Positions 17,967 to 27,449 of a stretch of 64,000 nucleotides of DNA are shown here, in pieces. The number at the start of each line of letters is the position of its first letter. Position 1 is the stretch's first letter. The DNA lies in assembly GCA_964353135.1 (NCBI GenBank), contig CAYGTV010000002.1:67204-131203 (forward strand), given 5' to 3'. Under the pieces are notes generated by a model. That model saw only the letters and a list, made by a program, of their open reading frames with translations, did no database searches and was not told the origin of the DNA. The DNA is from an uncultured Candidatus Saccharibacteria bacterium. Its GTDB lineage: Bacteria; Patescibacteriota; Minisyncoccia; Phycocordibacterales; UBA918. The translations under genes and the position numbers were made by a program.

Positions 17967-20384
17967 CTACTTCATCTCATTCCAATTCTCCCCCACTTTC
18001 ACATCAGCCACTAAAGGTACTCCGAATGTTTCTTTTCCTTCTAGCGCTGCCTCCATAATTTTAACCAACTCTGGCACCACACTTTTTACTTCGCTGTCTT
18101 TAACCTCAAACACAAGTTCATCGTGCACCTGTAGGAGCATTCTGACTTCGTCTGATTTTTTTAGCCCTTCGATATAGTCGTGGATTTGTCGCATTGCTAC
18201 CCGCATACAGTCTGCTCCGGTTCCTTGGATTGGGGCGTTGATGGCCATTCGTTCAGCCTGGGCACGAATAAATGGAATGCTAGAAGAAATTCCTGGGAAA
18301 TGCCTCCGTCGGCCAAACATCGTTTCTGTGTAGCCTTTCTCACGGGCGAATGATTTGGTTTCCTCCAGGTACTCGGCCAACCTCGTGAAGGTATTAAAAT
18401 ACGCATTGAGGAATTCCTGAGCTTCGGCTCGGCTGGTTTCCTCACCTAGATTGGTCCGTAGGGCGTTTACCCCCATGCCGTAGAGGATCCCAAAGTTTAT
18501 TACCTTGGCTTTGCGACGCATGTCCGCGGTTACCTCTACCTCACTCACTCCAAACACGCGAGACGCCACCCCACTGTGCACGTCCTGGCCACTTTTAAAA
18601 ATCTCAATCATTGATTTGTCTTGTGACATGATTGCCGCAATCCGGAGCTCAATCTGAGAGTAGTCAATCGCCACCAACTGATACCCTTTTTCTGCCACAA
18701 ACGCCCCCCGGACCATCCTCCCTTCCTCCGTACGAATCGGAATGTTTTGCAAGTTAGGATCTTTGCTGGCCATTCGTCCAGTTGAAGTTCCTGTCTGGAG
18801 TAACGTTGAATGAATCCGTCCATCGGACCCAACCATATCTGGCAAATTATCAATATACGTCGAGACGAGTTTTTTCAGTTCCCGATACCGCAGGATGTCG
18901 GCAATGATCGGGTGCTCATCAATTAGTTTTTCAAGTTCGGACTCTTTGGTACTACGTTGTCCGCCTCCAGTTTTCTTGGCGTTCTTTGGTTTGAGTTCCA
19001 ACGTATCAAATAGTATCTCTCCCATTTGTTTTGGTGAGTTGATGTTAAATTCCACTCCAGCGTGTTTGTAGATTGATGTCTCCAAACTAGCTAACTCGGT
19101 GTGCAATTTTTTAGAAAGTTTTTTGAGGTAACTCGTATCGAGAATGATACCCGTCTTTTTCATTTTTTCTAGCACCGGAATAAGCGGTAGTTCGATATGT
19201 TCATACAACTCCCACAAACCTTCTCCCTGGACCCTTTTTTCCATTGCAGAGATCGTCTCGTTCCACGTAGTCGTCTGCAAAAACGACCGACCATAGTCGA
19301 TGATGTCGTCGTAGGTGGCGTTGGTTCGCTCGCTTTCAAGAAGCCACAACAAGATCGAGGCTTTTTGAATATCAACCTCCCCCACTTTCTGTGCTTCGGC
19401 AGCATTGTCTACTAAAACCACATTAAACAAGCGTTCGATCCTTCCTGTCATATTTCTGAAGCCAAATTCACTAAACAAGTTTTGAATTTGTTCTACTTCT
19501 GCATGCTCGCGCCACTCGGTCGTAGCCAAGTCAAAACTTTCAAGCGCGTCTGTGCGGATGGTCGCCAGCATTTTTGAAAACTCGGCGTCTTCTTTCCCGT
19601 CACGAAGTAACCCAATGATCCGTTTCGTGACTCCCGCTGCAAGGAATTTTTCTTCTCCATCTTTTTTCTCTAACTTTTCATAAATTTGCTCGAGGGTACC
19701 AAAGGTGGTCAGTAGCGTGGTGGCAGTTTTTTCACCAATCCCACGAATTCCCGGGATGTTGTCAGACGCGTCGCCACGCAGTCCTTTGTAATCAACCACC
19801 ATCTTTGGCCCAAACCCAAACCGAGCTTTCACAGCCGCCTCATCATAAATAACTGTGTCGTTAATTCCTCGCTTGAGGGTGAACACTTCCACTCGTTTTT
19901 TATCGACGCACTGCAGGGTATCCATATCACCAGAGGCGATCACCACTCGCAGTTCTGGGGTGGCCTTTGTCAGGTGTGCAATTGTCCCAATCAAGTCATC
20001 TGCTTCAAAGCCAGGTTTCTCAAAGATCGGAATCCCAAAGTATGTAAAGATATCCCGAGCGCGGTTAATCTGAGAAATAAGGGCATCATCAGTTTTTTGT
20101 CGGCCGCCTTTGTATTCTTTGTAGGCTTCGTGACGGTAGGTTGCTTCTGGCAAGTCGTAACAAGCAGCAATGTACTGCGGCTTAAAATCCTCGATGATCT
20201 TAAGCAGCATAGTGGTAACTCCGTACAGAGCACCGGTCGGTTCACCAGTTGGTGACGCAAAGTCTGGCAACGCATGGTACGCCCGATGTAAAATAGCGTG
20301 TGAATCAAGTAGCACAAGCGTTGGGATTTCTTTGCTGGGTTTTTTAGTTGCCATAGTAAAAATAGTATAACTTTTTTGATACAC
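17967..20384 (-). CDS. polA: DNA polymerase I (5'-3' exonuclease plus polymerase domains); true start probably MATKKPS near 20354
   Basis: 5' nuclease motifs, Klenow-like polymerase motifs (RRKAKVINFGILYG, HDELVFE). Confidence 0.9.
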   Translation of the reverse strand: MYQKSYTIFTMATKKPSKEIPTLVLLDSHAILHRAYHALPDFASPTGEPTGALYGVTTMLLKIIEDFKPQYIAACYDLPEATYRHEAYKEYKGGRQKTDDALISQINRARDIFTYFGIPIFEKPGFEADDLIGTIAHLTKATPELRVVIASGDMDTLQCVDKKRVEVFTLKRGINDTVIYDEAAVKARFGFGPKMVVDYKGLRGDASDNIPGIRGIGEKTATTLLTTFGTLEQIYEKLEKKDGEEKFLAAGVTKRIIGLLRDGKEDAEFSKMLATIRTDALESFDLATTEWREHAEVEQIQNLFSEFGFRNMTGRIERLFNVVLVDNAAEAQKVGEVDIQKASILLWLLESERTNATYDDIIDYGRSFLQTTTWNETISAMEKRVQGEGLWELYEHIELPLIPVLEKMKKTGIILDTSYLKKLSKKLHTELASLETSIYKHAGVEFNINSPKQMGEILFDTLELKPKNAKKTGGGQRSTKESELEKLIDEHPIIADILRYRELKKLVSTYIDNLPDMVGSDGRIHSTLLQTGTSTGRMASKDPNLQNIPIRTEEGRMVRGAFVAEKGYQLVAIDYSQIELRIAAIMSQDKSMIEIFKSGQDVHSGVASRVFGVSEVEVTADMRRKAKVINFGILYGMGVNALRTNLGEETSRAEAQEFLNAYFNTFTRLAEYLEETKSFAREKGYTETMFGRRRHFPGISSSIPFIRAQAERMAINAPIQGTGADCMRVAMRQIHDYIEGLKKSDEVRMLLQVHDELVFEVKDSEVKSVVPELVKIMEAALEGKETFGVPLVADVKVGENWNEMK

Positions 20385-20393
20385 TACTCCTAC

Positions 20394-21101
20394 ATGAAAA
20401 TTTTTTATAAAATAACTGGCATAATTCGCAACTGGGGGTTACTAGTTCGCTCACTTATTGCCCGAACACCTGACCGCGTGCGACACAATGTGCCGTACAT
20501 TTCTCAATTTGCTAACCCAGGCTGGGCTGAAATGGTTCTAAAAGATGGACAACCGTTAGCCAAAGATATGCTGTGGCCAGACTCAGGAGCTCAAACAATA
20601 GAAGAATATGAACACTGGGCGTTATCGCTCTGCGGAATGGCTTGCGCTAGTATGGTGCTAGCATTTTTTACCACCAAGACATATAGAACGATTAAACTAG
20701 CCAAAGACGCAACAAAAGCTGGAGTATATACCGAAACAGACGGGGAGATTTCCAGTATGCAGTATCGACCATTTGTAAAATGGATTAAAAAGTTTGACAT
20801 CAAAGCCGTTATCTATACAAAACTGACCCTACGTTCTATCCAAACACTATTAGCAGACGGGGCGCTTATTATTGCGTCGGTAAATCCAAATATCCGTGGG
20901 TTTAACACCGCTCCAAATGCCCAAGTTGGTGGACACCTGGTACTGATTACTGGCTACAATAAAATTGAAAAAACTATAACTATCCAAAACCCCGCAGGAT
21001 TTGAAAATAACCAGAGCCAGGAAAATCACTCTATTCCATTCAAAGAGTGGACGATCTACTTTGCTGGACTAGGGATCTCGGTACAGAGCACTAGGAGATA
21101 A
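20394..21101 (+). CDS. Peptidase C39-like (papain-fold cysteine peptidase) domain protein; start set at the second Met to avoid a 5' overlap with polA
   Basis: VPYISQFANPGW...SLCGMACASMVLAFF (Cys) and GGHLVLITGY (His) resemble the C39_2 domain. Confidence 0.45.
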   Translation: MKIFYKITGIIRNWGLLVRSLIARTPDRVRHNVPYISQFANPGWAEMVLKDGQPLAKDMLWPDSGAQTIEEYEHWALSLCGMACASMVLAFFTTKTYRTIKLAKDATKAGVYTETDGEISSMQYRPFVKWIKKFDIKAVIYTKLTLRSIQTLLADGALIIASVNPNIRGFNTAPNAQVGGHLVLITGYNKIEKTITIQNPAGFENNQSQENHSIPFKEWTIYFAGLGISVQSTRR

Positions 21102-21543
21102 ACACCTCTCTTTCCTCCCCCTCTTTAATACTGATTGTTACTACTACTTTCTCTGCTGGTAGAATGTCAGCAATTTTCTCTGGCCACTCAAGGCATATGA
21201 GTGTACGAGGCGTTTTAAATAATTCCTCGAACCGAAGGGGTCCAACTTCACTGATGTCTTCGATTCGATAGGCATCAATATGAATCAATTGATCAAAATA
21301 CTGATCCCCCTCCAACAGATAGGCTTTCATAATCCCAAACGTTGGACTAACTACTGTCTCGGTCACTCCGAGGTGTTTCGCGAGCTGTTGAGTAAACGTA
21401 GTTTTGCCAGCACCAAGGTCACCAGTGAGCGTGACGAGTGACGAGTGATCAGTCACATTGGTAGCCTGCTCTAGGACAGCATAAATCACTGATCCAAAAT
21501 CAGCTGGAGTTTGCACCTGAAACGTTGTTTCTTTCATTTCCAT
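21091..21543 (-). CDS. tsaE: tRNA threonylcarbamoyladenosine biosynthesis protein TsaE
   Basis: TLTGDLGAGKTTFTQ P-loop and VVSPTF motif; 150 aa. Confidence 0.8.
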   Translation of the reverse strand: MEMKETTFQVQTPADFGSVIYAVLEQATNVTDHSSLVTLTGDLGAGKTTFTQQLAKHLGVTETVVSPTFGIMKAYLLEGDQYFDQLIHIDAYRIEDISEVGPLRFEELFKTPRTLICLEWPEKIADILPAEKVVVTISIKEGEEREVFIS

Positions 21544-21705
21544 ACAGATTAGAGTTTTTATAAACTAGATGCAAGTGTGCCAGTTGGAGAATTTGTGTGA
21601 CTAAGACGTATAGAAGATACGGCGCACGAACATAAATTTGAAACTGGTGCAGGTGCGCTAGTTTTAGAAAGTCTATTATAGCAGGCATGTTACCATTATG
21701 GTGAT

Positions 21706-23439
21706 ATGGTTCAATTCGATGATTCAGATCTCAACGCTAGACTTGCCGGTCTACGTGAAAAAGAAGCAGAACGTGCATCTGCCAACCTCGCTCCTCAGTA
21801 TGGGTACGAGCATATTGACCTGCATGGCTACACTATTAACCCTGAAGCTATCTCTGCAGTTGATGAAAAGCTGGCACGAGCTGCCGAGTTAACTGGGTTT
21901 GAATTACTAAACAAAACTCTATCAGTCGCCATCAAAGATCCAAACAATATTAAAACCAAAGCTGCCCTGCAGACACTCGCAACTAAAGGCTACACTCTCG
22001 ACGTCTTTATGACATCGTCCGCCAGCCTTGAGCACGCTTGGGAACGTTACTCAGATATCACCAATGCGACAGCATCAAAAAAAGGTACGTTCGAAATAAG
22101 TGCAAAGGACATTCTGGAGCTTACCAAACGTATCCATAAAGAGTCAGATATCGCGGTAATCCTCAGTGAGATTAATAGTGCTAACAACAGCTACCGAATA
22201 TCGGCTACCCTGGAACTGATTTTTGCTGGCGCACTTGCTTTGCGCGCTTCTGACATCCACATCGAACCAGAAGATAGCGCTATCAGGCTACGGTACCGCT
22301 TTGATGGGGTGCTACACGACATTATTGACCTAGACACATATATGTATGGGCGAATGATGTCTCGCTTGAAATTGCTATCGGGCATGGTGCTCAATACAAA
22401 AGCAGAGGCTCAGGACGGTCGATTTACCTTTGAAACTGGAGAAAAAGAAGTAGAAGTGCGTTCATCAGTGATCCCTGGGGCTTACGGAGAATCAATCGTG
22501 ATGCGTTTGCTTGACCCAACTGTGGCCAGTTTTGCAATGGATAAACTTAACCTCAACCAACACATTGCTGGCGTGGTTAAAAATGAACTTAAAAAACCAA
22601 ACGGTCTCATTATTACCACTGGACCAACTGGATCTGGTAAAACGACCGCCTTGTACGCTTTTCTACAAGAAGTGCACGGCGAAGGAGTCAAAATCATCAC
22701 GATTGAAAATCCGGTTGAATACAAAGTGGAGGGAATTGTACAAACTCAGGTTGAGGGTGACTACACATTTTCGTCCGGTCTGCGTGCCCTGCTGCGGCAG
22801 GACCCTGACGTGATCCTCATTGGAGAGATTCGTGATGCTGAGGTAGCATCCACTGCCATGCACGCCGCTCAAACTGGCCACCTCGTGCTCACCACGATGC
22901 ACACCAACAGTGCGGTTGCAGCATTTGTCAGACTGATAGACCTGGGGGTAGATGCTCGGATGTTTGGGAGTGCGGTTAACCTAGTGCTTGGGCAGCGACT
23001 AGTGCGATTGCTGTGTTCTGAGTGTAAGGTCCCTCACACCCCTACTGAGGAAGAATCACGCATCATTTCAGCTGTGCTAAGTGACCATCCACATCCTGAC
23101 ACTGTCCCTATGGCCAGTGAAATATATACTGCTCCTGGCTGTGAAATCTGTAGCAACACTGGGTTCAAAGGAAGAAGTGGTATTTATGAGGCTATCCTCA
23201 TGGACGAGGCAGTAGAAGCAGTTGTGTTAAATGACCCACGAGAACACATGATCCTAGACGCAGCCAAACCACAAGGCATCCCAACCATGCTGCATGATGG
23301 TATGGAAAAAGTACTACTAGGACTCACCTCAATGGAGGAGTTAGAACGAGTGATCGAGCTTCCTAGAATACTTCAAAGTGCAATCTCTCCTAAAGAGACA
23401 CCAAAAACTGACGACGATTTCCTTTCACACGTAGTGTAG
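21706..23439 (+). CDS. pilB: Type IV pilus / type II secretion assembly ATPase (PilB/GspE family)
   Basis: GSPII_E N-terminal domain, Walker A TGPTGSGKTT, Asp/His boxes, C-terminal tetracysteine CxxC...CxxC. Confidence 0.8.
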   Translation: MVQFDDSDLNARLAGLREKEAERASANLAPQYGYEHIDLHGYTINPEAISAVDEKLARAAELTGFELLNKTLSVAIKDPNNIKTKAALQTLATKGYTLDVFMTSSASLEHAWERYSDITNATASKKGTFEISAKDILELTKRIHKESDIAVILSEINSANNSYRISATLELIFAGALALRASDIHIEPEDSAIRLRYRFDGVLHDIIDLDTYMYGRMMSRLKLLSGMVLNTKAEAQDGRFTFETGEKEVEVRSSVIPGAYGESIVMRLLDPTVASFAMDKLNLNQHIAGVVKNELKKPNGLIITTGPTGSGKTTALYAFLQEVHGEGVKIITIENPVEYKVEGIVQTQVEGDYTFSSGLRALLRQDPDVILIGEIRDAEVASTAMHAAQTGHLVLTTMHTNSAVAAFVRLIDLGVDARMFGSAVNLVLGQRLVRLLCSECKVPHTPTEEESRIISAVLSDHPHPDTVPMASEIYTAPGCEICSNTGFKGRSGIYEAILMDEAVEAVVLNDPREHMILDAAKPQGIPTMLHDGMEKVLLGLTSMEELERVIELPRILQSAISPKETPKTDDDFLSHVV

Positions 23440-23465
23440 GTTGCTGGAACATTAGATTCAAAAAG

Positions 23466-23503
23466 GCAAACACCTCGCGGTCAAGACCGCGAGGTGTTTT
23501 TCT
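23466..23503. terminator. Terminator hairpin AAACACCTCGCGGTC/GACCGCGAGGTGTTT plus T-run
   Basis: Perfect inverted repeat downstream of pilB. Confidence 0.55.
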
Positions 23504-23822
23504 ATGATACATTCGATAAGTAAAAAGATTCGTTCGTTTCAGCTCAAGAAGATAACTCTCTAAACAAGACTTCCGCATTGAAAGTGAATGCCGCGCTAAG
23601 GAAGTTTGTCAGCGCTCCCGGTCTAGGCCGGGTGCCAAAAACCCCTCGCAACGCATCCAAGTTGTTTAGAGAGTTATATTCTGGAGTGAGAGGAATCAGT
23701 GATGAACCAGACGGTCCAGCACGTAGGAGCTATCGAATCCCATATACATTAGCACAGATAAAATATTTGTCAACACCTAGAGCAGCGTTTTTGTTTTGCT
23801 GGTACAATATTGAAGAACGCTT

Positions 23823-24812
23823 ATGACTGACAAACCGAAAACCATCACGCGCGATGATGCACAAAACCTCGATCGCACTCTACGACCACAAACTTGGGAG
23901 GAGTATATTGGTCAAGCTAAAATCAAAGAGAACCTGCGAATCTTGCTGACTGCTGCCAAAGAACGTGGCCATGCAGCTGAACATATTTTGCTCTATGGGC
24001 CGCCAGGGCTTGGAAAAACCACATTGTCTAACTTGGTAGCCAAGACTCTTGGTACAAATATGAAAACCACCTCCGGCCCGGCGATTGAAAAGGTTGGTGA
24101 CCTGGCAGCAATCCTAACCAACCTTACTCCTGGTGATGTGTTGTTTATCGACGAGATCCATAGACTGAGTAAAAGCATCGAGGAGGTCCTCTACCCCGCC
24201 ATGGAGTCAGGGGTGCTTGATATCATCATCGGCAAAGGGCCCTCGGCTCGCACCGTACAGCTCGAACTACCTCCATTTACCATGGTGGCTGCCACCACTC
24301 GCATCTCACTCTTATCAAGTCCTCTGCGGTCACGGTTTTCTGGTGGAACGTTTCGGCTCGAGTTCTATAGTGACGATGAAATTGGACAGATCCTCGGTCG
24401 GTCAGCCGAACTACTTGGAATGGACCCCACCCCTGAAGTCATCAGTCAGATCGCTCGTCGATGTCGAGCTACTCCCCGTACAGCTAACTATTTGCTCAAA
24501 CGTTGCCGCGACCTCGCTCAACTAGAAGGAACTGATTTAACTGCTGAAATTATCGACGAGACATTTAGGTTGCTCGAAATTGACACCTTGGGATTAGGCG
24601 CCCCTGACCGAGCCGTGCTTGATGTGATTATTAATAAGTTCAACGGTGGTCCAGTTGGACTAAACACCATTGCAGCCGCCACCGGCGAAGAACCGTCAAC
24701 CATCGAAGATGTCATAGAACCCTACTTGATACGTCACGGCTTGATTGAACGAACTCCCCGGGGTCGAACTGCCAGTCCTGAAGCCTATAGTCATTTAGAG
24801 AACTTACGTTAG
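23823..24812 (+). CDS. ruvB: Holliday junction branch migration DNA helicase RuvB
   Basis: AAA+ motifs LLYGPPGLGKTTL and DEIHRL. Confidence 0.9.
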   Translation: MTDKPKTITRDDAQNLDRTLRPQTWEEYIGQAKIKENLRILLTAAKERGHAAEHILLYGPPGLGKTTLSNLVAKTLGTNMKTTSGPAIEKVGDLAAILTNLTPGDVLFIDEIHRLSKSIEEVLYPAMESGVLDIIIGKGPSARTVQLELPPFTMVAATTRISLLSSPLRSRFSGGTFRLEFYSDDEIGQILGRSAELLGMDPTPEVISQIARRCRATPRTANYLLKRCRDLAQLEGTDLTAEIIDETFRLLEIDTLGLGAPDRAVLDVIINKFNGGPVGLNTIAAATGEEPSTIEDVIEPYLIRHGLIERTPRGRTASPEAYSHLENLR

Positions 24813-24817
24813 GTTTT

Positions 24818-25471
24818 ATGGAAAAATTTACTCCCCAAGAAAGCATAATACATAATCAGAAAAAGATTGAAGACCAAGAACATATGAGCAGTGGTCAAAA
24901 ACTTATTAGGTATGTACTAGCTAACATCAAACCCACTGAACATATACAAAGGTATGGAAATAAAAGCAACGAGCAAAGTAAACGAGAAACACTCAATCAA
25001 TCTGTCGCTGAACACGTAGCTTCTATGACAGAAATCCTTGAATTTCTTGTATCTCAAGAAAGCGAGGGAACCTTTGCCGAGCTCGATACTGAAAAAATGC
25101 GAAAAATGATTAGGTTCCACGATAGACATGAAATTCTTATTGATGATTTGGTATACAAAAGTGACCAATACCGGGCAGAGGAAGCTATTGCTGAGCATAC
25201 CAACGCTGATTTTTTGAAAAAGGTTGGTTTTTCTGATGCGCCAGCTATAATGGAAGAATATCAACTGGGAGAATCTGATGAGGTTAAAATAGTGAAAGCA
25301 ATAGATCGATTAGAAGCGTATACAACAAAGATGCATGGGGACCCGAGATCAATTATAGAAAACCGAGTAAGCGATGCTATTGAAATAGCGGAAAATATCA
25401 AACACATTTCCCCAACCCTATACCACGCCAGTATTTTAGCGATTCGCTGGCTACAAAAACAGAACGAGTAA
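24818..25471 (+). CDS. HD-domain phosphohydrolase (YfbR-like 5'-deoxynucleotidase family), tentative
   Basis: AEHVASM (His), RFHDRHEILIDDL (HD...D) motif spacing. Confidence 0.4.
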   Translation: MEKFTPQESIIHNQKKIEDQEHMSSGQKLIRYVLANIKPTEHIQRYGNKSNEQSKRETLNQSVAEHVASMTEILEFLVSQESEGTFAELDTEKMRKMIRFHDRHEILIDDLVYKSDQYRAEEAIAEHTNADFLKKVGFSDAPAIMEEYQLGESDEVKIVKAIDRLEAYTTKMHGDPRSIIENRVSDAIEIAENIKHISPTLYHASILAIRWLQKQNE

Positions 25472-25482
25472 CTAATTAAAAT

Positions 25483-26022
25483 ATGTCAGGACACAATAAA
25501 TGGTCAAAAATTAAACATAAAAAAGGTGCAACCGACGCTCAGCGCAGCAAGCTATTCTCGAGGCATTCATCTCTCATTACGATGGAGGTTAAAAAAGCTG
25601 GTGGTAGCGCTGACTCGGCCAATGTTATAGCTGCGGTTGATCGAGCGAAAAAGGATTCCATGCCCAAAGACGCAATCGAGCGAGCGCTAGCAAAAGGTTC
25701 GGGTACTGGAGCAGCCAATATGGAGGAGGTTCTCTACGAAGGGTACGGCCCAGGGGGTGTTCCCCTTCTCATTGAGGCAGTGACCGACAACAACAACCGT
25801 ACGGCTCCAGAAATTAAACACATCTTTAGCAAGGCTGGAATAGAACTTGGTGTACCAGGCTCGGCTGCGTGGGCATTTACCAAAGGTGCAGAGGGGTACA
25901 CTCCTAACAACCCAATGGAACTAGACGATGCAACAGGAGAAAAATTGGCTGACTTTGTAGAGAAACTAGAAGAGCAAGACGACGTCACTAACGTCTACAC
26001 GGGCGCTGACACCCCTGAATAA
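25483..26022 (+). CDS. yebC: YebC/PmpR-family transcriptional regulator (shortened form)
   Basis: MSGHNKWSKIKHKKGATDAQRSKLFS N-terminus; in the conserved yebC-ruvC context. Confidence 0.8.
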   Translation: MSGHNKWSKIKHKKGATDAQRSKLFSRHSSLITMEVKKAGGSADSANVIAAVDRAKKDSMPKDAIERALAKGSGTGAANMEEVLYEGYGPGGVPLLIEAVTDNNNRTAPEIKHIFSKAGIELGVPGSAAWAFTKGAEGYTPNNPMELDDATGEKLADFVEKLEEQDDVTNVYTGADTPE

Positions 26023-26024
26023 TT

Positions 26025-26486
26025 ATGTCCCTTTGGAACATTCGTTGGTTTAAATTACGAGGTCTCACTTTTGCAAATCTGCAAAAAATATGCGGGTTTA
26101 TTTTACAGATCCCAGTACCCCCAAAATTTTCGGTTGGGTGTTTTATCGAACAAGATGGAAAGTATCTTGTGATAGACCTAACATATCGTACTGGGGTCGC
26201 TTTTCCTGGAGGAATGATTGTCCCTGGAGAAAATGTAGAATCGGCACTAAAACGTGAGGTATTCGAAGAAACTGGATTAACCGTTACTGACTATACCTAC
26301 ATAGAATCATGCGAGGATATACAATACGGCCTATCGGTTATCGCCCTGGCGTTTTCTGTTACAGCGACGGGGACATTGAGTGACTCAACCGAGGGCACTC
26401 CTATTTGGATGAGTCCTGAAGAGATTCAAGAAAAGATAACGTATAACAACTGGAAAAAAATGTTCACTAACTATCTACAGCGGTAA
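26025..26486 (+). CDS. NUDIX hydrolase
   Basis: Nudix box GGMIVPGENVESALKREVFEETGL. Confidence 0.7.
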   Translation: MSLWNIRWFKLRGLTFANLQKICGFILQIPVPPKFSVGCFIEQDGKYLVIDLTYRTGVAFPGGMIVPGENVESALKREVFEETGLTVTDYTYIESCEDIQYGLSVIALAFSVTATGTLSDSTEGTPIWMSPEEIQEKITYNNWKKMFTNYLQR

Positions 26487-26487
26487 C

Positions 26488-26967
26488 ATGAGAGTCCTTG
26501 GGGTTGATCCTGGATATGACCGTGTTGGTCTGGCTGTCATGGAATACGAAAACGGTATCGAGAAGTTACTCTTTTCAATGTGCTTAGAAACTAACAAAGC
26601 AGACCATATACACCTACGCCTCCAACAAGTTGGAGATACGATTACTAAACTAGTTACAGAACACCAGGTTGATACCCTTGGTATCGAAACACTCTTTTTC
26701 AACAAAAACGTTAAGACCGCCATGAGTGTAGCCGAAGCTCGCGGAATCATTATTTATACTGCCCTCCAAGCTGGATGTCAGATTTATGAGTTCAGCCCGC
26801 AGACAATTAAAATCGCCACTACGGGCTATGGCAACAGTGACAAGGTCGCAATGATGACAATGGTAAAACAATTAGTACCCGACGTTCCACCAAACGCCCT
26901 TGACGACGAGTACGATGCAATTGCTGTTGGTATTACCTGCCTTGCACATCACGGAAGAAGCGTATAG
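26488..26967 (+). CDS. ruvC: Crossover junction endodeoxyribonuclease RuvC
   Basis: MRVLGVDPGYDRVGLAVME catalytic N-terminus; 159 aa. Confidence 0.85.
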   Translation: MRVLGVDPGYDRVGLAVMEYENGIEKLLFSMCLETNKADHIHLRLQQVGDTITKLVTEHQVDTLGIETLFFNKNVKTAMSVAEARGIIIYTALQAGCQIYEFSPQTIKIATTGYGNSDKVAMMTMVKQLVPDVPPNALDDEYDAIAVGITCLAHHGRSV

Positions 26968-27042
26968 AATCGTCCCAATTGTGCACCTAATCAGTTGCTT
27001 ACCGCACATGAATTTGATACAACATATACGTAAAAACTTTGT

Positions 27043-27306
27043 ATGGTAGATGAAACAAACACAGACGAAGAACTAGAAGAAATGGACGATGAGGATGCGT
27101 CATTGGGTGACGATATACTCGATGAGGTTGCAGGAGATGAAGTTGATGAAGAAGACGAGCCAGAAGGGTTTGGACACATCGACGATAAGGATGTGAAGGA
27201 GGTGTCAGAAAATGAAGATGAAGACGAGGAAGAAGATGACGCTGCTCTAGAGGACGACGCCGAAGACGTCGACTACGACAGCTTCGACGATATAGACGAG
27301 ATGTAG
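27043..27306 (+). CDS. Hyper-acidic small protein (87 aa, more than 50% Asp/Glu)
   Basis: ORF followed by its own terminator; MVDETNTDEELEEMDDED...; the opposite-strand ORFs here are mirror artefacts. Confidence 0.45.
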   Translation: MVDETNTDEELEEMDDEDASLGDDILDEVAGDEVDEEDEPEGFGHIDDKDVKEVSENEDEDEEEDDAALEDDAEDVDYDSFDDIDEM

Positions 27307-27310
27307 CAAT

Positions 27311-27340
27311 AAAAAAACCGATCATCCGATCGGGTTTTTT
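27311..27340. terminator. Terminator AAAAAAACCGATC-ATCC-GATCGGGTTTTTT
   Basis: Perfect stem with T-run. Confidence 0.6.
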
Positions 27341-27449
27341 ATTGTTGCTCCCTGCACTGCACTCGAAAATGAAAACGGCTAACGCCTTTTCATTTCGCTC
27401 GTTACGTTTGGTAGTAACTCTTGCTAATCACCTTTGATTGCAAACAAAA

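Noticed and set aside
23578-23826. Calling the 82-aa ORF a confident CDS
   Set aside because: The GC-rich hairpin content makes an RNA element equally plausible. Left as a finding rather than a feature.
26991-27325. Minus-strand ORFs (62 and 108 aa, Ser/Leu/His/Arg-rich) overlapping the acidic protein gene
   Set aside because: They are mirror-frame artefacts of the GA-rich codons of the plus-strand acidic ORF. They are low complexity and lack a start context.
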